In this document: positions 20,466 through 30,663 of the stretch, piece by piece
Layout of the letters: every line of letters starts with the position of its first letter
Numbering within the stretch: the first letter of the stretch is position 1
NCBI GenBank assembly: GCA_900128585.1
Contig: LT642180.1
Coordinates: 1 to 40,821, forward strand
DNA: 40,821 nt
From: Stramenopiles sp. TOSAG23-3
Taxonomy: Eukaryota
Direction of reading: 5' to 3'
Translations under genes and position numbers: made by a program
Notes under the pieces: model-generated
Seen by the model: the letters and a program-made list of their open reading frames with translations, nothing else
What the model was told of the DNA's origin: nothing
The model's database searches: none

Positions 20466-20789
20466 TCACGACATTTTATCAACCTTATCTTTATGGACAA
20501 ATTGTGCAGCAACCTGTCCAACCACCAAACCACCAATATACAAGGCACCAGATAAAGCCAAGACCAAAACACCGAAAGAAACATTGGGGTGTGCTTCTAC
20601 CCAATCTTTTACTAGGCCGTGTTTGCAGTGGATATAGTAACCCCCTTGAAACGAGCACGACTTTCCTTCGGGACAAAAAATACCTGCAGTACAATCAAAC
20701 TCGATCGGACTAGGGTATGCAAGATACGGAGAAACAATTCCCAATACAGTTTTTCGGGCCTGTACAAAGTGTCCAACCACAGACTCCAT
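20466..20789 (-). CDS. Small hypothetical protein with Cys-rich segment and C-terminal TM
   Basis: ATG 20789; CTAGIFCPEGKSC...C followed by hydrophobic VSFGVLVLALSGALYIGGLVVG; GC-rich island between AT-rich spacers. Confidence 0.5.
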   Translation of the reverse strand: MESVVGHFVQARKTVLGIVSPYLAYPSPIEFDCTAGIFCPEGKSCSFQGGYYIHCKHGLVKDWVEAHPNVSFGVLVLALSGALYIGGLVVGQVAAQFVHKDKVDKMS

Positions 20790-21694
20790 GCCCGAGCAAC
20801 GACTTTGGTCGCACTTAAAGTTTAGCAATAGTCACACAAAAAAATCTAGAACAACTGTATATACACCGGACCTATAGACAATAAAATCAAAGTGTACACA
20901 TAACTTCCTTCAGAAAAAGAAGAAAAAAACATATGTGATATGTACAACCCAGATGTAGAAATTGAACCTACATAGTTTATATTTTAACCGACCACGGTTG
21001 ACGACGACGACGATGCGACGAGCGAAGAAGAAAAAAAAAAAAGAAGAAGATCGATCAACACCACCTCCGATCACTGTCGTTTTCCCCCCTTATTTATAAT
21101 TATACTCAAATAGAATTCAATTGTAAATGATCCCTTGGCATAAATGTAGAAATACTATAATAACTAAGATTAAACAGTGAGTAAAATAATAATCAAACTA
21201 ACTTCAAGATTACAATAAATACCTTATATATATAAATAGAATGGAAATAGCGTTGGTGTAATAATTTGTGGTTGTTGGCAAAGGAAGAAGTTTTTAATTC
21301 TCTTCTTCTTCTTCTTCTTCGCGCATTTATTATTATTTTATATATTAGCCTAATATATAATAATAATAATAATAAGAAGAAGAAAGATGATGACATATTT
21401 TATAATATAGACACACCATAAAAACAACAAACTACTCAACAACAAAAATAATTAATAATAAAAAAAAAAAAGTGCGAAGAAGAAGTAGTGATGAGCAAAA
21501 CGCAAGAAGATATTATAGTAGAAGAGGATAATAATAGAATGGACCTTCATTTCTTATTGATGTTTTGACTGTGTTGCTTTAGATTGGTAAGAATGGATAT
21601 CAGAGTAGATATTTTTGTATGTACGATAAGATTTTTTGTGTTTAATTTTGTGGAAGAAAAGCTTGTTGTATAAGTTTAGTTGGAGACTAAGAAG

Positions 21695-24361
21695 ATGTCC
21701 TACCACCACCGTTCTTCTTCGTTGAAGCAGAGCAACAAGAAGCATAAGACAGGGCGGGATACGTCGAAGCGCCGGGTCGATCGCCGTGACAATGTTGGCG
21801 GGCGCACAGGCAACGTGCGAAAAGTTGGAAAGTTTGCAAAAAGCACGCTAGGCGCCACCGGTCGGGTGAATCGCGCCAACCATGCAAAACAGACCGCTGC
21901 GAACAAAAAAGCTGCAGTGCTGAGGAATAAGCGGTTTGGCCCGGGGGGGGCCTACGGCCCCCCACGCTTTGTCGCGATTGTATCCCTGCACAAGGCACAG
22001 ACGTCGGCCAGGTCTCTCCACGACAACATTGTTTCTCTGATGACCAGAAAATCTACCAATTCGTCCGCGGGGGACTTTATTCAGACCACCGGGGTGGCCG
22101 AGAAATGGAACACGCGCTTAACGGTGTCAGTGACCCCAGAGTCTGGGGATGACGACACCGACATTTCAGCGTTATTGGACGTGTGTAAAGTTGCCGACCT
22201 GGTGCTGGTAGTCGTCCCAGCGACGCTCGACCCCGACGAGATCGTTGACGGCTTCGGGGAAAGGGCCCTCACGGCAATGCGTGCCCAGAGCACTCCGTCA
22301 ATATTAGGAATCGTTCAGGGCATGGAAAACATAAAGAACCCGAAGCGGCACACGAACGCGAAAAAGTTACTTCAGCGGTTTTTCGACACAGAGTTTGGGG
22401 ACGGGACAAAAGTATTGGAAGATTACTCAAAACTGTTAGCACAGAGCACCGAAGACGTTGAAATGGACGTCTGGTTGTCCGGCTCCAGCACCAGTGGAAA
22501 GAGCAAGATTACTTCACAGGACAGAAAGAGTGTAGCCACCAAGCAGGGCTTAGCAATTGACCAAGTATATAGGTTTGTATCTTCGTTGAAGTTGAAAGAC
22601 CTGGCCTATCGAAGCATGCGGCCGTATCTGGTTGCCGACAAGGCTACCGTTGAGGAGGGAAGCAGTTCGGAACTTGCCAACGTCCATGTGACTGGATTTA
22701 TCCGCGGGAAACCATTGGGTGTGAACCAATTGGTTCATATTACCGGGGTGGGCACGTACCGTATGGAGTCCATTTTACACGCTCTCGACCCCTGCCCCGC
22801 TCGAATTGAACGCAGAGGCGGCAACAGCGAATTCATCGCCGATGCGGGGAAACCTATCCTGTTCGCAGACGAGTCAATGCAGGAATCGCTTCAATCCTGG
22901 GCGGAAATAAACCCGTTGGCAGGAGAGCAGACGGTTTTCTCGGACACCGAGTTGGAAGAAGCGGGATTCGATACGAGCATGGGGGGTACCAATGTCGGCC
23001 CTTCCGACTTTGTGCAGCTCAAATCCAGTGGAGAGAGCAGCAGCGCAAAGAAGAAGAAGAAGAAGAAAAAGGACCGGTTTCCAGGACAATCGGAGACGCA
23101 AAAGGCATGGCTGGAAGTGGTAGAAAGCGAGGAGAGTGAAGACGACGACGGGCACGATGTAGACGAGGGAAGTGAGGAGGAGGAAATGGCCGTTGACAAT
23201 GAAGACGAAGACGAGGACGCTGACAGGTACGCCCTGGAGTTACGGAGGTGGAGGGAAAAGCGTGCTGAGCTTCGGGAACAGCAAGACCAGGACGTTATTT
23301 TCCCAGACGAGGTCGATACACCAGAGAATATCCCCGCCCGTGAGCGCTTTGCCCGTTACAGGGGATTGAAAAGCTTTCGTTCCAGCCCTTGGGACCCGAA
23401 AGAGAGTCTGCCGTTGGACTACGCTCGAATATTTCAGATTGAAAATATTGCGTATACGCAAAAGCGCTTGCTGGAGCAGTCGGAAGCCCGGCACCGTGCA
23501 TCTATTGGAAAATCCATGGCGGCATTATTGGATGCGCGAAAACGAGCAGCTGGCAAGAAAAAGGCAAGCACGACGGGCATGGAAGTAGAAAACAGCGGAA
23601 TGGGCCAAGACATTGAGATGGACAATGACGATCTGGTGGCAGATTGCGTCCCTGTTGGACAGTACGTGACGCTGGTTGTCAAAGATGTCAATCGCCAAGA
23701 GCTTTTGAAGCACAAGACGAACAATCCATTGGTATTGTCCGGACTTTTCTTGCATGAAAATCGCATGTCTGTTGTACATTTCAATGTTCGAAAGTCTTCC
23801 TCCTTTGAAGGCGTAGTCAAATCGAAAGATGCAATGGAAATACATTGCGGCTTCCGTCGAAGCATTTGCAAACCGCTGTTTTCGGAGAATAATTACAATT
23901 GCGACAAGCACAAGTTTGAGCGGTTTCTGCAACCAAACCGTTTTGTAGCTATGACGGCCTACCTTCCGATCACTTACTCGCCTGCCCCGGTGCTTGCATT
24001 CAAGAAAAATGTTACCTCGTCCTATTTGAAGAAGAAAGACTTGGCTCTCTCCGGATCGTTGATGAGCATAAATCCAGACAGAATTGTATTGAAGAGAATA
24101 TTGCTGTCTGGTACTCCGGTCAAAGTGAAGAAGAAAACTGCTACGGTTCGATTCATGTTCTTTAACCCAGATGACATTCGCTGGTTTAAACCGTTAGAGC
24201 TGTGGACCAAGCACGGAATTTCAGGCCACATTCGGCAGCCGATTGGTACACACGGTTCGATGAAGTGTGTGTTTAATGGTGCAATAAAGCAGCACGACAC
24301 GGTTTGCATGAGTTTGTACAAACGAGTGTACCCAAAGACTGTCGAAGAAACCGAAATTTAG
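21695..24361 (+). CDS. TSR1: Pre-rRNA-processing protein TSR1 (40S biogenesis)
   Basis: LKQSNKKHKTGR, LDVCKVADL, FPDEVDTP, ARERFARYRGLKSFRSSPWDPKESLPLDYARIF, RFMFFNPDDIRWFKP, GTHGSMKCVF, SLYKRVYPK. Confidence 0.97.
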   Translation: MSYHHRSSSLKQSNKKHKTGRDTSKRRVDRRDNVGGRTGNVRKVGKFAKSTLGATGRVNRANHAKQTAANKKAAVLRNKRFGPGGAYGPPRFVAIVSLHKAQTSARSLHDNIVSLMTRKSTNSSAGDFIQTTGVAEKWNTRLTVSVTPESGDDDTDISALLDVCKVADLVLVVVPATLDPDEIVDGFGERALTAMRAQSTPSILGIVQGMENIKNPKRHTNAKKLLQRFFDTEFGDGTKVLEDYSKLLAQSTEDVEMDVWLSGSSTSGKSKITSQDRKSVATKQGLAIDQVYRFVSSLKLKDLAYRSMRPYLVADKATVEEGSSSELANVHVTGFIRGKPLGVNQLVHITGVGTYRMESILHALDPCPARIERRGGNSEFIADAGKPILFADESMQESLQSWAEINPLAGEQTVFSDTELEEAGFDTSMGGTNVGPSDFVQLKSSGESSSAKKKKKKKKDRFPGQSETQKAWLEVVESEESEDDDGHDVDEGSEEEEMAVDNEDEDEDADRYALELRRWREKRAELREQQDQDVIFPDEVDTPENIPARERFARYRGLKSFRSSPWDPKESLPLDYARIFQIENIAYTQKRLLEQSEARHRASIGKSMAALLDARKRAAGKKKASTTGMEVENSGMGQDIEMDNDDLVADCVPVGQYVTLVVKDVNRQELLKHKTNNPLVLSGLFLHENRMSVVHFNVRKSSSFEGVVKSKDAMEIHCGFRRSICKPLFSENNYNCDKHKFERFLQPNRFVAMTAYLPITYSPAPVLAFKKNVTSSYLKKKDLALSGSLMSINPDRIVLKRILLSGTPVKVKKKTATVRFMFFNPDDIRWFKPLELWTKHGISGHIRQPIGTHGSMKCVFNGAIKQHDTVCMSLYKRVYPKTVEETEI

Positions 24362-24504
24362 AGTGGCGGAGAAAATATTTCTTTTTTTAAATATTCTTAC
24401 TACGAACGTACGAATTCTAGAATGTTTTTAATTCTATATGAATAATTGTAAAAAAAGGAGATGGAGGCCGGCGTAACTACGAATGAGTTCAGTGCGTGGA
24501 AATT

Positions 24505-25533
24505 TTACAAAAATTGATGTAGAATGTCAAACGCTCTGTCCTTGCTCTCTCTCGACTTCTCGATGACAGCCTTGCAGAATATCTGTAGTTGACTACTTCT
24601 GTTCATCAAGGATTGAAATCTTGGGAGAATTTCTGCTACTTTGACTCTGGTGTCACCTTGATTCATTGCCTCCCGTTTCTTGCAGCTATAGGGAATGAGC
24701 TTACAAGCAATCACTACTTCCTTTATGTAAGAGCTAGCAAATGGAAAATAGGCGTCAGAGAGGGCCGATGCATCTTCCGCATCACAAAATTGAATTTGTT
24801 TATTAGAGCCTGGTGAGTTGGGAAAATATAGGCGGTGAACGGCCTCTAGCATGGCAACAGATTGTTCGTTTTCCGCGCCCTTCTTGGCGATTGCCTCTAA
24901 CACCCAACGGACGATACAATCAGCAAAAATGTCAATGCTCTCTCTATTGTTGCGATCCACCTCTGTCAATAAATTGATCACAGGAAACGTTTTTGTTCGG
25001 ACGTCGAAAAAAGTAGAGTTTTCCTGGCTTACCAAATAGTTGAGGGTCGGGCCTCTACGACTTTTACGCTCTCCTCCATACTTCTCAAACAGCTTTTGCG
25101 TACTCTCATAAGCACGGACCATTTCGTTATATTTACAGTCTACTTTAATACGGTCGTTGATAATATCCTCTAAAGCTCTATTTTCAGAATCTAGCGTTTG
25201 AAAATACTCTATTGCCATGCGCATCAGCCGCGGGTTGAAGTCTACGAATTCGCTATGAAGAATGTATTTGATCAATAGTACGGTGGCCGATTGCAGCTCG
25301 GTATATCCGACTTTTGAAAAAAAACCGAGATTTGTTTTAATATACAAAGCGTGAACAGCCTTGGTAATTGTGCTTTCACTAGAGGTACCCGCGACTTGTT
25401 CAATACACTTGGCCCACCCAACAGCTCTCTGAAACTCCTTTTCACCCCATAGACCAATCTCTTTCGTCTGGGTCCGTGTTATGATATGGGCAAAACTATT
25501 CAAGTACTGCAACGCTTGGTCACTTGATGCCAT
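24505..25533 (-). CDS. FANCF-like protein (N-terminal FANCF signature)
   Basis: LQYLNSFAHIITRTQTKEIGLWGEKEFQRAVGWAKCIEQ resembles the FANCF N-terminus (human, from memory: LQHLDRFSELLAVSSTTYVSTWDPATVRRALQWARYL). The remainder is helical and not recognised. Confidence 0.55.
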   Translation of the reverse strand: MASSDQALQYLNSFAHIITRTQTKEIGLWGEKEFQRAVGWAKCIEQVAGTSSESTITKAVHALYIKTNLGFFSKVGYTELQSATVLLIKYILHSEFVDFNPRLMRMAIEYFQTLDSENRALEDIINDRIKVDCKYNEMVRAYESTQKLFEKYGGERKSRRGPTLNYLVSQENSTFFDVRTKTFPVINLLTEVDRNNRESIDIFADCIVRWVLEAIAKKGAENEQSVAMLEAVHRLYFPNSPGSNKQIQFCDAEDASALSDAYFPFASSYIKEVVIACKLIPYSCKKREAMNQGDTRVKVAEILPRFQSLMNRSSQLQIFCKAVIEKSRESKDRAFDILHQFL

Positions 25534-26363
25534 TCTTTCAATTGTAAAGACCCTTGCCTCAATTAATTATTTGAAATATTATCCACTCCTCAGTTTCACC
25601 TTCTTTTCTTTGCTCTAACGACATTTACTTGTGTATTGAATAAGAAAAGATTTTCTAATCAACTTTTATTATATAATATCTTCTTTTCCTCAACAATTAA
25701 TCATCCTCCATATTTCATAATAATAATAATGTAATATCTATCTCATTATTCATCATCATCACAAAAAAAAAGAAAGAAGGTAATGCTGTACGGTAGTATT
25801 ACAAGAAGAAAGGAGAAAAAAAAATATAATAATAATTATCACCACATACTCCTCGTATTATAATGTACATTATTACATCATACAGAAGAATGACAATGGC
25901 AAAACAATAAAATAATTATTTCTAATAAAAAAATACGACGACACAGCATTCCAAAACCCCACGCACCATCATAATTTTACACAGAACGAGGAGACCAATT
26001 AAATGAGAACAAAGAATGAGGAGGAGAGGAGGACATCAGAGAGTTTTTAAAATGGACAGAGCAAAGAAGGATTTTTCAAAACTCATCATCAAGAAGAAAG
26101 AAAAAACACTCTTTCTTTCTTCTCCTCCAGCAGTACCAAGGTAGAATAATAATATCCTTTTAAACAAAAGTTATTATAATATCCATTAATAGAGAGAGAC
26201 AACACATGCTGCTTGTTAATACTCTTTACATTCTCTACAAGACACGCGCAGGATTTCTAGCTTAAACCTGGTTGACAGCCTTTGCATCTTCTGTTGCGTT
26301 GCTGTCTTCCCAGAAACGTTTAGAGTTCGAACTACGCACGTGCTGTTGTATTGAAATTGTACC

Positions 26364-28742
26364 ATGGGAAACGTCGAGGCGGGCTGCTGTGCAGCCAACC
26401 GGGAAAAACCCAAAGGGAAGCTGAAACCTGGAGATATGGAAAAAGCAATTAAAAACTTTCAAAAAGATCTTTTGAAGGAGTGGAAAGCCACAAACAGAAA
26501 CTCGCACCGGTTTATTTACAAAAAAAACCTGGCTGGTAATATTTGGCCGGAGATTGCATGGGGTTTTATACAACACCAAGCCGGGCTGAACCCGAATTTC
26601 AAAAGAGCTGTGGAGGGCTTGGCATTACGGCCCAATTACCGTACAGTCTATGATCGAAAAATAATGACAGTATCGGAGTTATTGACAGTATTAAATACCA
26701 TCCAGGCCATGTTCATCATAGACAAAGGCAGGTTCAATGGCAAGAACGACACGAATATATTGAATCTTGACTCCGATGTTACCCTGAAATTTCTGGCAAA
26801 TAGTGAAATACTGACGAACTTTGCGATGCTGAATTTTGAAGACTTCGTGCTGAAGCAGTACGGAGATACTGAAAAGAAGTGGTGGAAGATAAATGCAAAA
26901 ATAAAGGACAATCTTCTGAAGGCAACTTCCAAGACGTACCCAGACTGTGGTTCTATACTTTCGGCGAAAATTGAAAAGTTTTTGAAGGCAAGAGACGAGG
27001 ACTACCCTGGCGTGTGCATTGAATTTTTGAATTTCTTGTATTGGAATAAAGATGACTCGACCTGCATCGATGAAGCATACTGCCAGCTGCTCCTTTCTGC
27101 CTCACGCACCACATCTTACAGCGACGGCCAGTTGACGAGAATATGGCGATGCCTTCAACTGTTAGCGCGGTGCCTTGCACCGAAGGAGGAATTAGGACGT
27201 GTGATAATTTCCTGGAGCAAAGAGCTATTGACAATAATGACGGAGCATGCGGGGTATGATTTGCGCGGCGTTATCCCTGAGTTGATCAAGCTATTTTTAG
27301 AAAATTTTCGTTCAGTTTTAAAGTCCGGTTCAAGGACATATTTTCCGTGCACTAATGAAATTGCGACACAGCTCCTGAATGCTGGGCAGCAATCACCACG
27401 ATCGTCTCATATAATGATGCGGCTTTGGTTCAAGAGCGGAGAAACCATTCTTCTGGACATTCCAGACCCGCACTGGACAGCACAGAACGTCATAGACCAC
27501 ATATTGGGCGCTATTGGAATATCGCCAGAAGCTGGACCACTTTTTCACCTTCATTTGATAGGCACAAAAGGCAAGGAGACAAAAGATCAGACCTATACCT
27601 GCGACCTGCCACGAACCGAGTTGTCCTTCAAGCTGCCAGAGGATTATTCAACGGCGCCCGGAACAATTAACGGAAGTGGCTTACCTGAGGACAAGGCCTT
27701 TCTCCACATGTCCAGCAATTCCGATTTTGTGAATGTTCCGTTTCTTCGTCAAAAAGAGCACAGCAAGATTTATAAAAGGTTTGAGTCTCAATTTGGCTTC
27801 ACAAACAACATGGTACAAGGCAGCAATTTCGTGTCTCAGGACGAACAAGGCACAGCATGCAAGCCTTTTGCTCTGGTCGGCGATACTGTCCATCGTACAC
27901 GCACCCTGGACAATGGTGATGTAATTTTGGACTTTCTTGGATACTGCGAAACCATTGAAACCAGCAGGATCAACCCCGACTTTTCGATGCACATTAGCTT
28001 GGAATCGTCAGTTGCGTTAATATTCGACAGAGAGAACGAGGACGAAGTTCGGTTTAAGTTCAACGAAACATTGTGGGATATAATATCTGGGCGATATAAT
28101 TTAGAGATGACAGACGTTGATGCTGTTAGTTTAGCAGCAGTGGCGCTTGTTGCCAAACTTGGACCCTTAAGTTCAATAACCCAACATATTCGAAACAAAA
28201 CAAATCAGGACGACGTCGACATCGAGTCAATACTGTGGAAACAGATCAACATCAATTTGTTCGTACCGAAACCTAAAATCGAGGCTGTAAAGGCAGATAC
28301 AAAAATCGTGATTTCGTGCATAAAAGGCTTGCAGAGAGCGACGAAGCACGAAGCCCGCTTGCTGTACTGGGACTTTTGTGTTAGTAAGTTTTTCCTTTTT
28401 GGTGCCCGTATGTTTACCCTGGACAATATTGAGATAGAAAAAGTCTTCGGGAACCGGGGAAGAGAAATTGCAGGAGACACCAAAAGCAACGTTATGGCAA
28501 TTAGCAAATCTGGTATTATTTTGATAGATGTGGCAAGTGGTTCCATCAGCTACAAGTTTACATATGCGCACATAACGTTTTACGAGGTGGATGGAAATGT
28601 GCTTCGATTTCAGCACAAAATCCTTGATCAAAAGGAGGCACAGAGTAGGTCTTTTTCGCTCAAAGGCCAAGGTCTAGGTCACGCGTTCACACTGTTAGAC
28701 ATGTACTGGAAGAATAGTAATTTAAAGGAAGGCCCGGGCTAG
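26364..28742 (+). CDS. MyTH4-FERM domain protein without motor domain, N-terminally acylated
   Basis: MGNVEAGCC; MyTH4-like IDEAYCQLL...RIWRCLQLLARCLAP...RTYFPCTNEI; FERM-like IISGRY...AVSLAAVAL, FFLFGARMF, MAISKSGIILID. Confidence 0.75.
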   Translation: MGNVEAGCCAANREKPKGKLKPGDMEKAIKNFQKDLLKEWKATNRNSHRFIYKKNLAGNIWPEIAWGFIQHQAGLNPNFKRAVEGLALRPNYRTVYDRKIMTVSELLTVLNTIQAMFIIDKGRFNGKNDTNILNLDSDVTLKFLANSEILTNFAMLNFEDFVLKQYGDTEKKWWKINAKIKDNLLKATSKTYPDCGSILSAKIEKFLKARDEDYPGVCIEFLNFLYWNKDDSTCIDEAYCQLLLSASRTTSYSDGQLTRIWRCLQLLARCLAPKEELGRVIISWSKELLTIMTEHAGYDLRGVIPELIKLFLENFRSVLKSGSRTYFPCTNEIATQLLNAGQQSPRSSHIMMRLWFKSGETILLDIPDPHWTAQNVIDHILGAIGISPEAGPLFHLHLIGTKGKETKDQTYTCDLPRTELSFKLPEDYSTAPGTINGSGLPEDKAFLHMSSNSDFVNVPFLRQKEHSKIYKRFESQFGFTNNMVQGSNFVSQDEQGTACKPFALVGDTVHRTRTLDNGDVILDFLGYCETIETSRINPDFSMHISLESSVALIFDRENEDEVRFKFNETLWDIISGRYNLEMTDVDAVSLAAVALVAKLGPLSSITQHIRNKTNQDDVDIESILWKQININLFVPKPKIEAVKADTKIVISCIKGLQRATKHEARLLYWDFCVSKFFLFGARMFTLDNIEIEKVFGNRGREIAGDTKSNVMAISKSGIILIDVASGSISYKFTYAHITFYEVDGNVLRFQHKILDQKEAQSRSFSLKGQGLGHAFTLLDMYWKNSNLKEGPG

Positions 28743-28782
28743 AAACGCGATGATCTCACATTGATTTAATAATGACACAAGA

Positions 28783-28863
28783 GTGTACTTTTAAGACCAA
28801 TCAATTGGAATCTTGACCAGAACTTGGGGAGGATCTGCAAATAGGAGGTCAGATATTGTTCTT
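28783..28863 (+). repeat. Dispersed ~80-bp repeat, copy 2
   Basis: 58-bp identity to 8810-8867. Confidence 0.92.
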
Positions 28864-28925
28864 GAACTGAGACACCTTCTTTTTTCTTTACTTTTATTAG
28901 AATCAATTTAAGAATTAAATTAATT

Positions 28926-29078
28926 TACTTAAATAACAGCCAATTTTCTTGTTTTTAATTACTATAAAATAACAGCCAATTTTCTTGTTTTATTTTTTTT
29001 TTCTTGTATTTAAGAAGCAATTCATTATTCTCACTCGTTAAATAACAGCCAATTTTCTTGTTTTTATTCTCACTCGTT
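28926..29078 (+). repeat. Cluster of three micro-element copies
   Basis: aaataacagccaattttcttgttt at 28931, 28967 and 29040; the last is flanked by ttattctcactcgtt x2. Confidence 0.92.
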
Positions 29079-29244
29079 TCCTTCTCATATTTAAGCTAAT
29101 GAACCCAGTACACACTCGTTAACTCTCGGTTGACTCATTTTGAAAAGTTTAACATTTTTTACGCCGTAGCTTAAATTTGGTGGGGTGGTACATTTAACCC
29201 CCCCAAGTGTCTTGTAATGTTCTCTCGCCAAGATTGTGGCGGTA

Positions 29245-30663
29245 CTATCTGCCAGATGACGGAGAAATTTTCTTTTTAGTCGCTCGTCGTTTTACGTGCT
29301 TGCTATTGTTCAAGCTTTTTGCCCTGAGCTGAGCCGGGGAAATAACGACCGCCCCTTGCGGCGTGCCCGTCGGTTTACCGTACTTCATATTCATACGGTT
29401 TTTTGCACTACCACTTCTACTGCCCGATCCATTTCTATCACGATAATCTTGATACACTATCGTTTTTCCAGCGTTTTGCATGTTGCTCTTCTGCCGTCTC
29501 TGGTTTGGACTCTGGCTCTTGGATGATGCTTGCTGATCCTTTGGAGGAACAAAACTTTGTTGCTGATTATAAGCATTGGGGTTTGAATACGGCATCGATG
29601 GGGCTGAAAAAGATTGCGGTGCAGAGTATGGCTGAGGGCTAGGATAGGGCGACATTTGTGAATTTTGACTGACACCTTGCTGACCATAAAAGGACGGTGG
29701 TTGCTGCCAGGCCGATTGCTGGGCTGCTGGCATTTGCTGCTGTGGCTGACCCCAAGTGTTGGGGTTCGGAGTTGCCATGTTGGGTGGATTTTGCTGCCAA
29801 CTGCCATTTTGCTGCGCACTTGGACCGCCGTGCTGTTGTTGTTGCTGCTGCTGCTGCTTCGGGTAAAACGATAACGGGGCCGATGAATTAAAAGCGTTTT
29901 GCGGGGCTTGCATTGGCGGGTTACTCGATTTTGGCGAAAAGTAACCTTGGGGCTGGGGTTGTCTTGGCTTCACGGATGCGGACGCAGACGATGGGGCATT
30001 CTTGGCCCCATTTCCACTGTACGGCGGCGGTTGATTTCCCCAGAAGTTCACCGTTTGCTTTTCCGCCACCACCGGGGCACTGAACGAAGTTCGACCAAGC
30101 GTTTGGCTGTCCCCCAAGGCATCGTTGTAATCGCCAATTATGATCGGAACTTCGTTTCGCGGAGAGCCATGGGAGTTAGCGCGTTGCACGCCGTGGCGAG
30201 GGGGGCGACCATTTGGTTGCCCATAGGCATCAAAACCACTCCCTTTTGACCGACCTTTGGGAGAAAACTGCATGCCGTTGTCTCCCTGAAATCCGACACC
30301 ATCACCATCCCCCGAGACCCCTTGCTGCTTTAATTGAATTGTCTTTGCGACGCGGTCCGCACTGTCCAATGCCCTCCGCGAGCGGGCAACTGCATCCAGC
30401 ACCTCTTGGTGTTGCTCGGGTGGGGTTCGACATCTCCACTCAATCGGCAAAAGTTTCGCTTCCTTTTCTGCATCGGCAGTAATACTTCTTCCATTGCCCC
30501 GCACGCGACCAGATCCATTTCCCTTTCCCCTCTTCCCACTCCCACCCCTGCTATTACGACTCGAACGACGGTCACTGCGGTCACCACTGCTGCTATTGTT
30601 TCGCGAGTTGCTAGCCCTTTCACCGCCCGTCCGCTTCGATGATCCACGCGGGTTTTGTCGCAT
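29245..30663 (-). CDS. Hypothetical low-complexity (R/S/G then Q/P/S/N-rich) disordered protein
   Basis: Long ORF from ATG 30663; polyQ and QQP-rich prion-like region. Confidence 0.7.
   Translation of the reverse strand: MRQNPRGSSKRTGGERASNSRNNSSSGDRSDRRSSRNSRGGSGKRGKGNGSGRVRGNGRSITADAEKEAKLLPIEWRCRTPPEQHQEVLDAVARSRRALDSADRVAKTIQLKQQGVSGDGDGVGFQGDNGMQFSPKGRSKGSGFDAYGQPNGRPPRHGVQRANSHGSPRNEVPIIIGDYNDALGDSQTLGRTSFSAPVVAEKQTVNFWGNQPPPYSGNGAKNAPSSASASVKPRQPQPQGYFSPKSSNPPMQAPQNAFNSSAPLSFYPKQQQQQQQQHGGPSAQQNGSWQQNPPNMATPNPNTWGQPQQQMPAAQQSAWQQPPSFYGQQGVSQNSQMSPYPSPQPYSAPQSFSAPSMPYSNPNAYNQQQSFVPPKDQQASSKSQSPNQRRQKSNMQNAGKTIVYQDYRDRNGSGSRSGSAKNRMNMKYGKPTGTPQGAVVISPAQLRAKSLNNSKHVKRRATKKKISPSSGR

Noticed and set aside
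28926-29063. CRISPR-like array of 24-bp repeats with spacers (also 8626-8781)
   Set aside because: Only 3-4 units with irregular low-complexity spacers, mixed orientation at 8.7 kb, eukaryotic context and no cas genes. TSD-flanked insertion explains it better.
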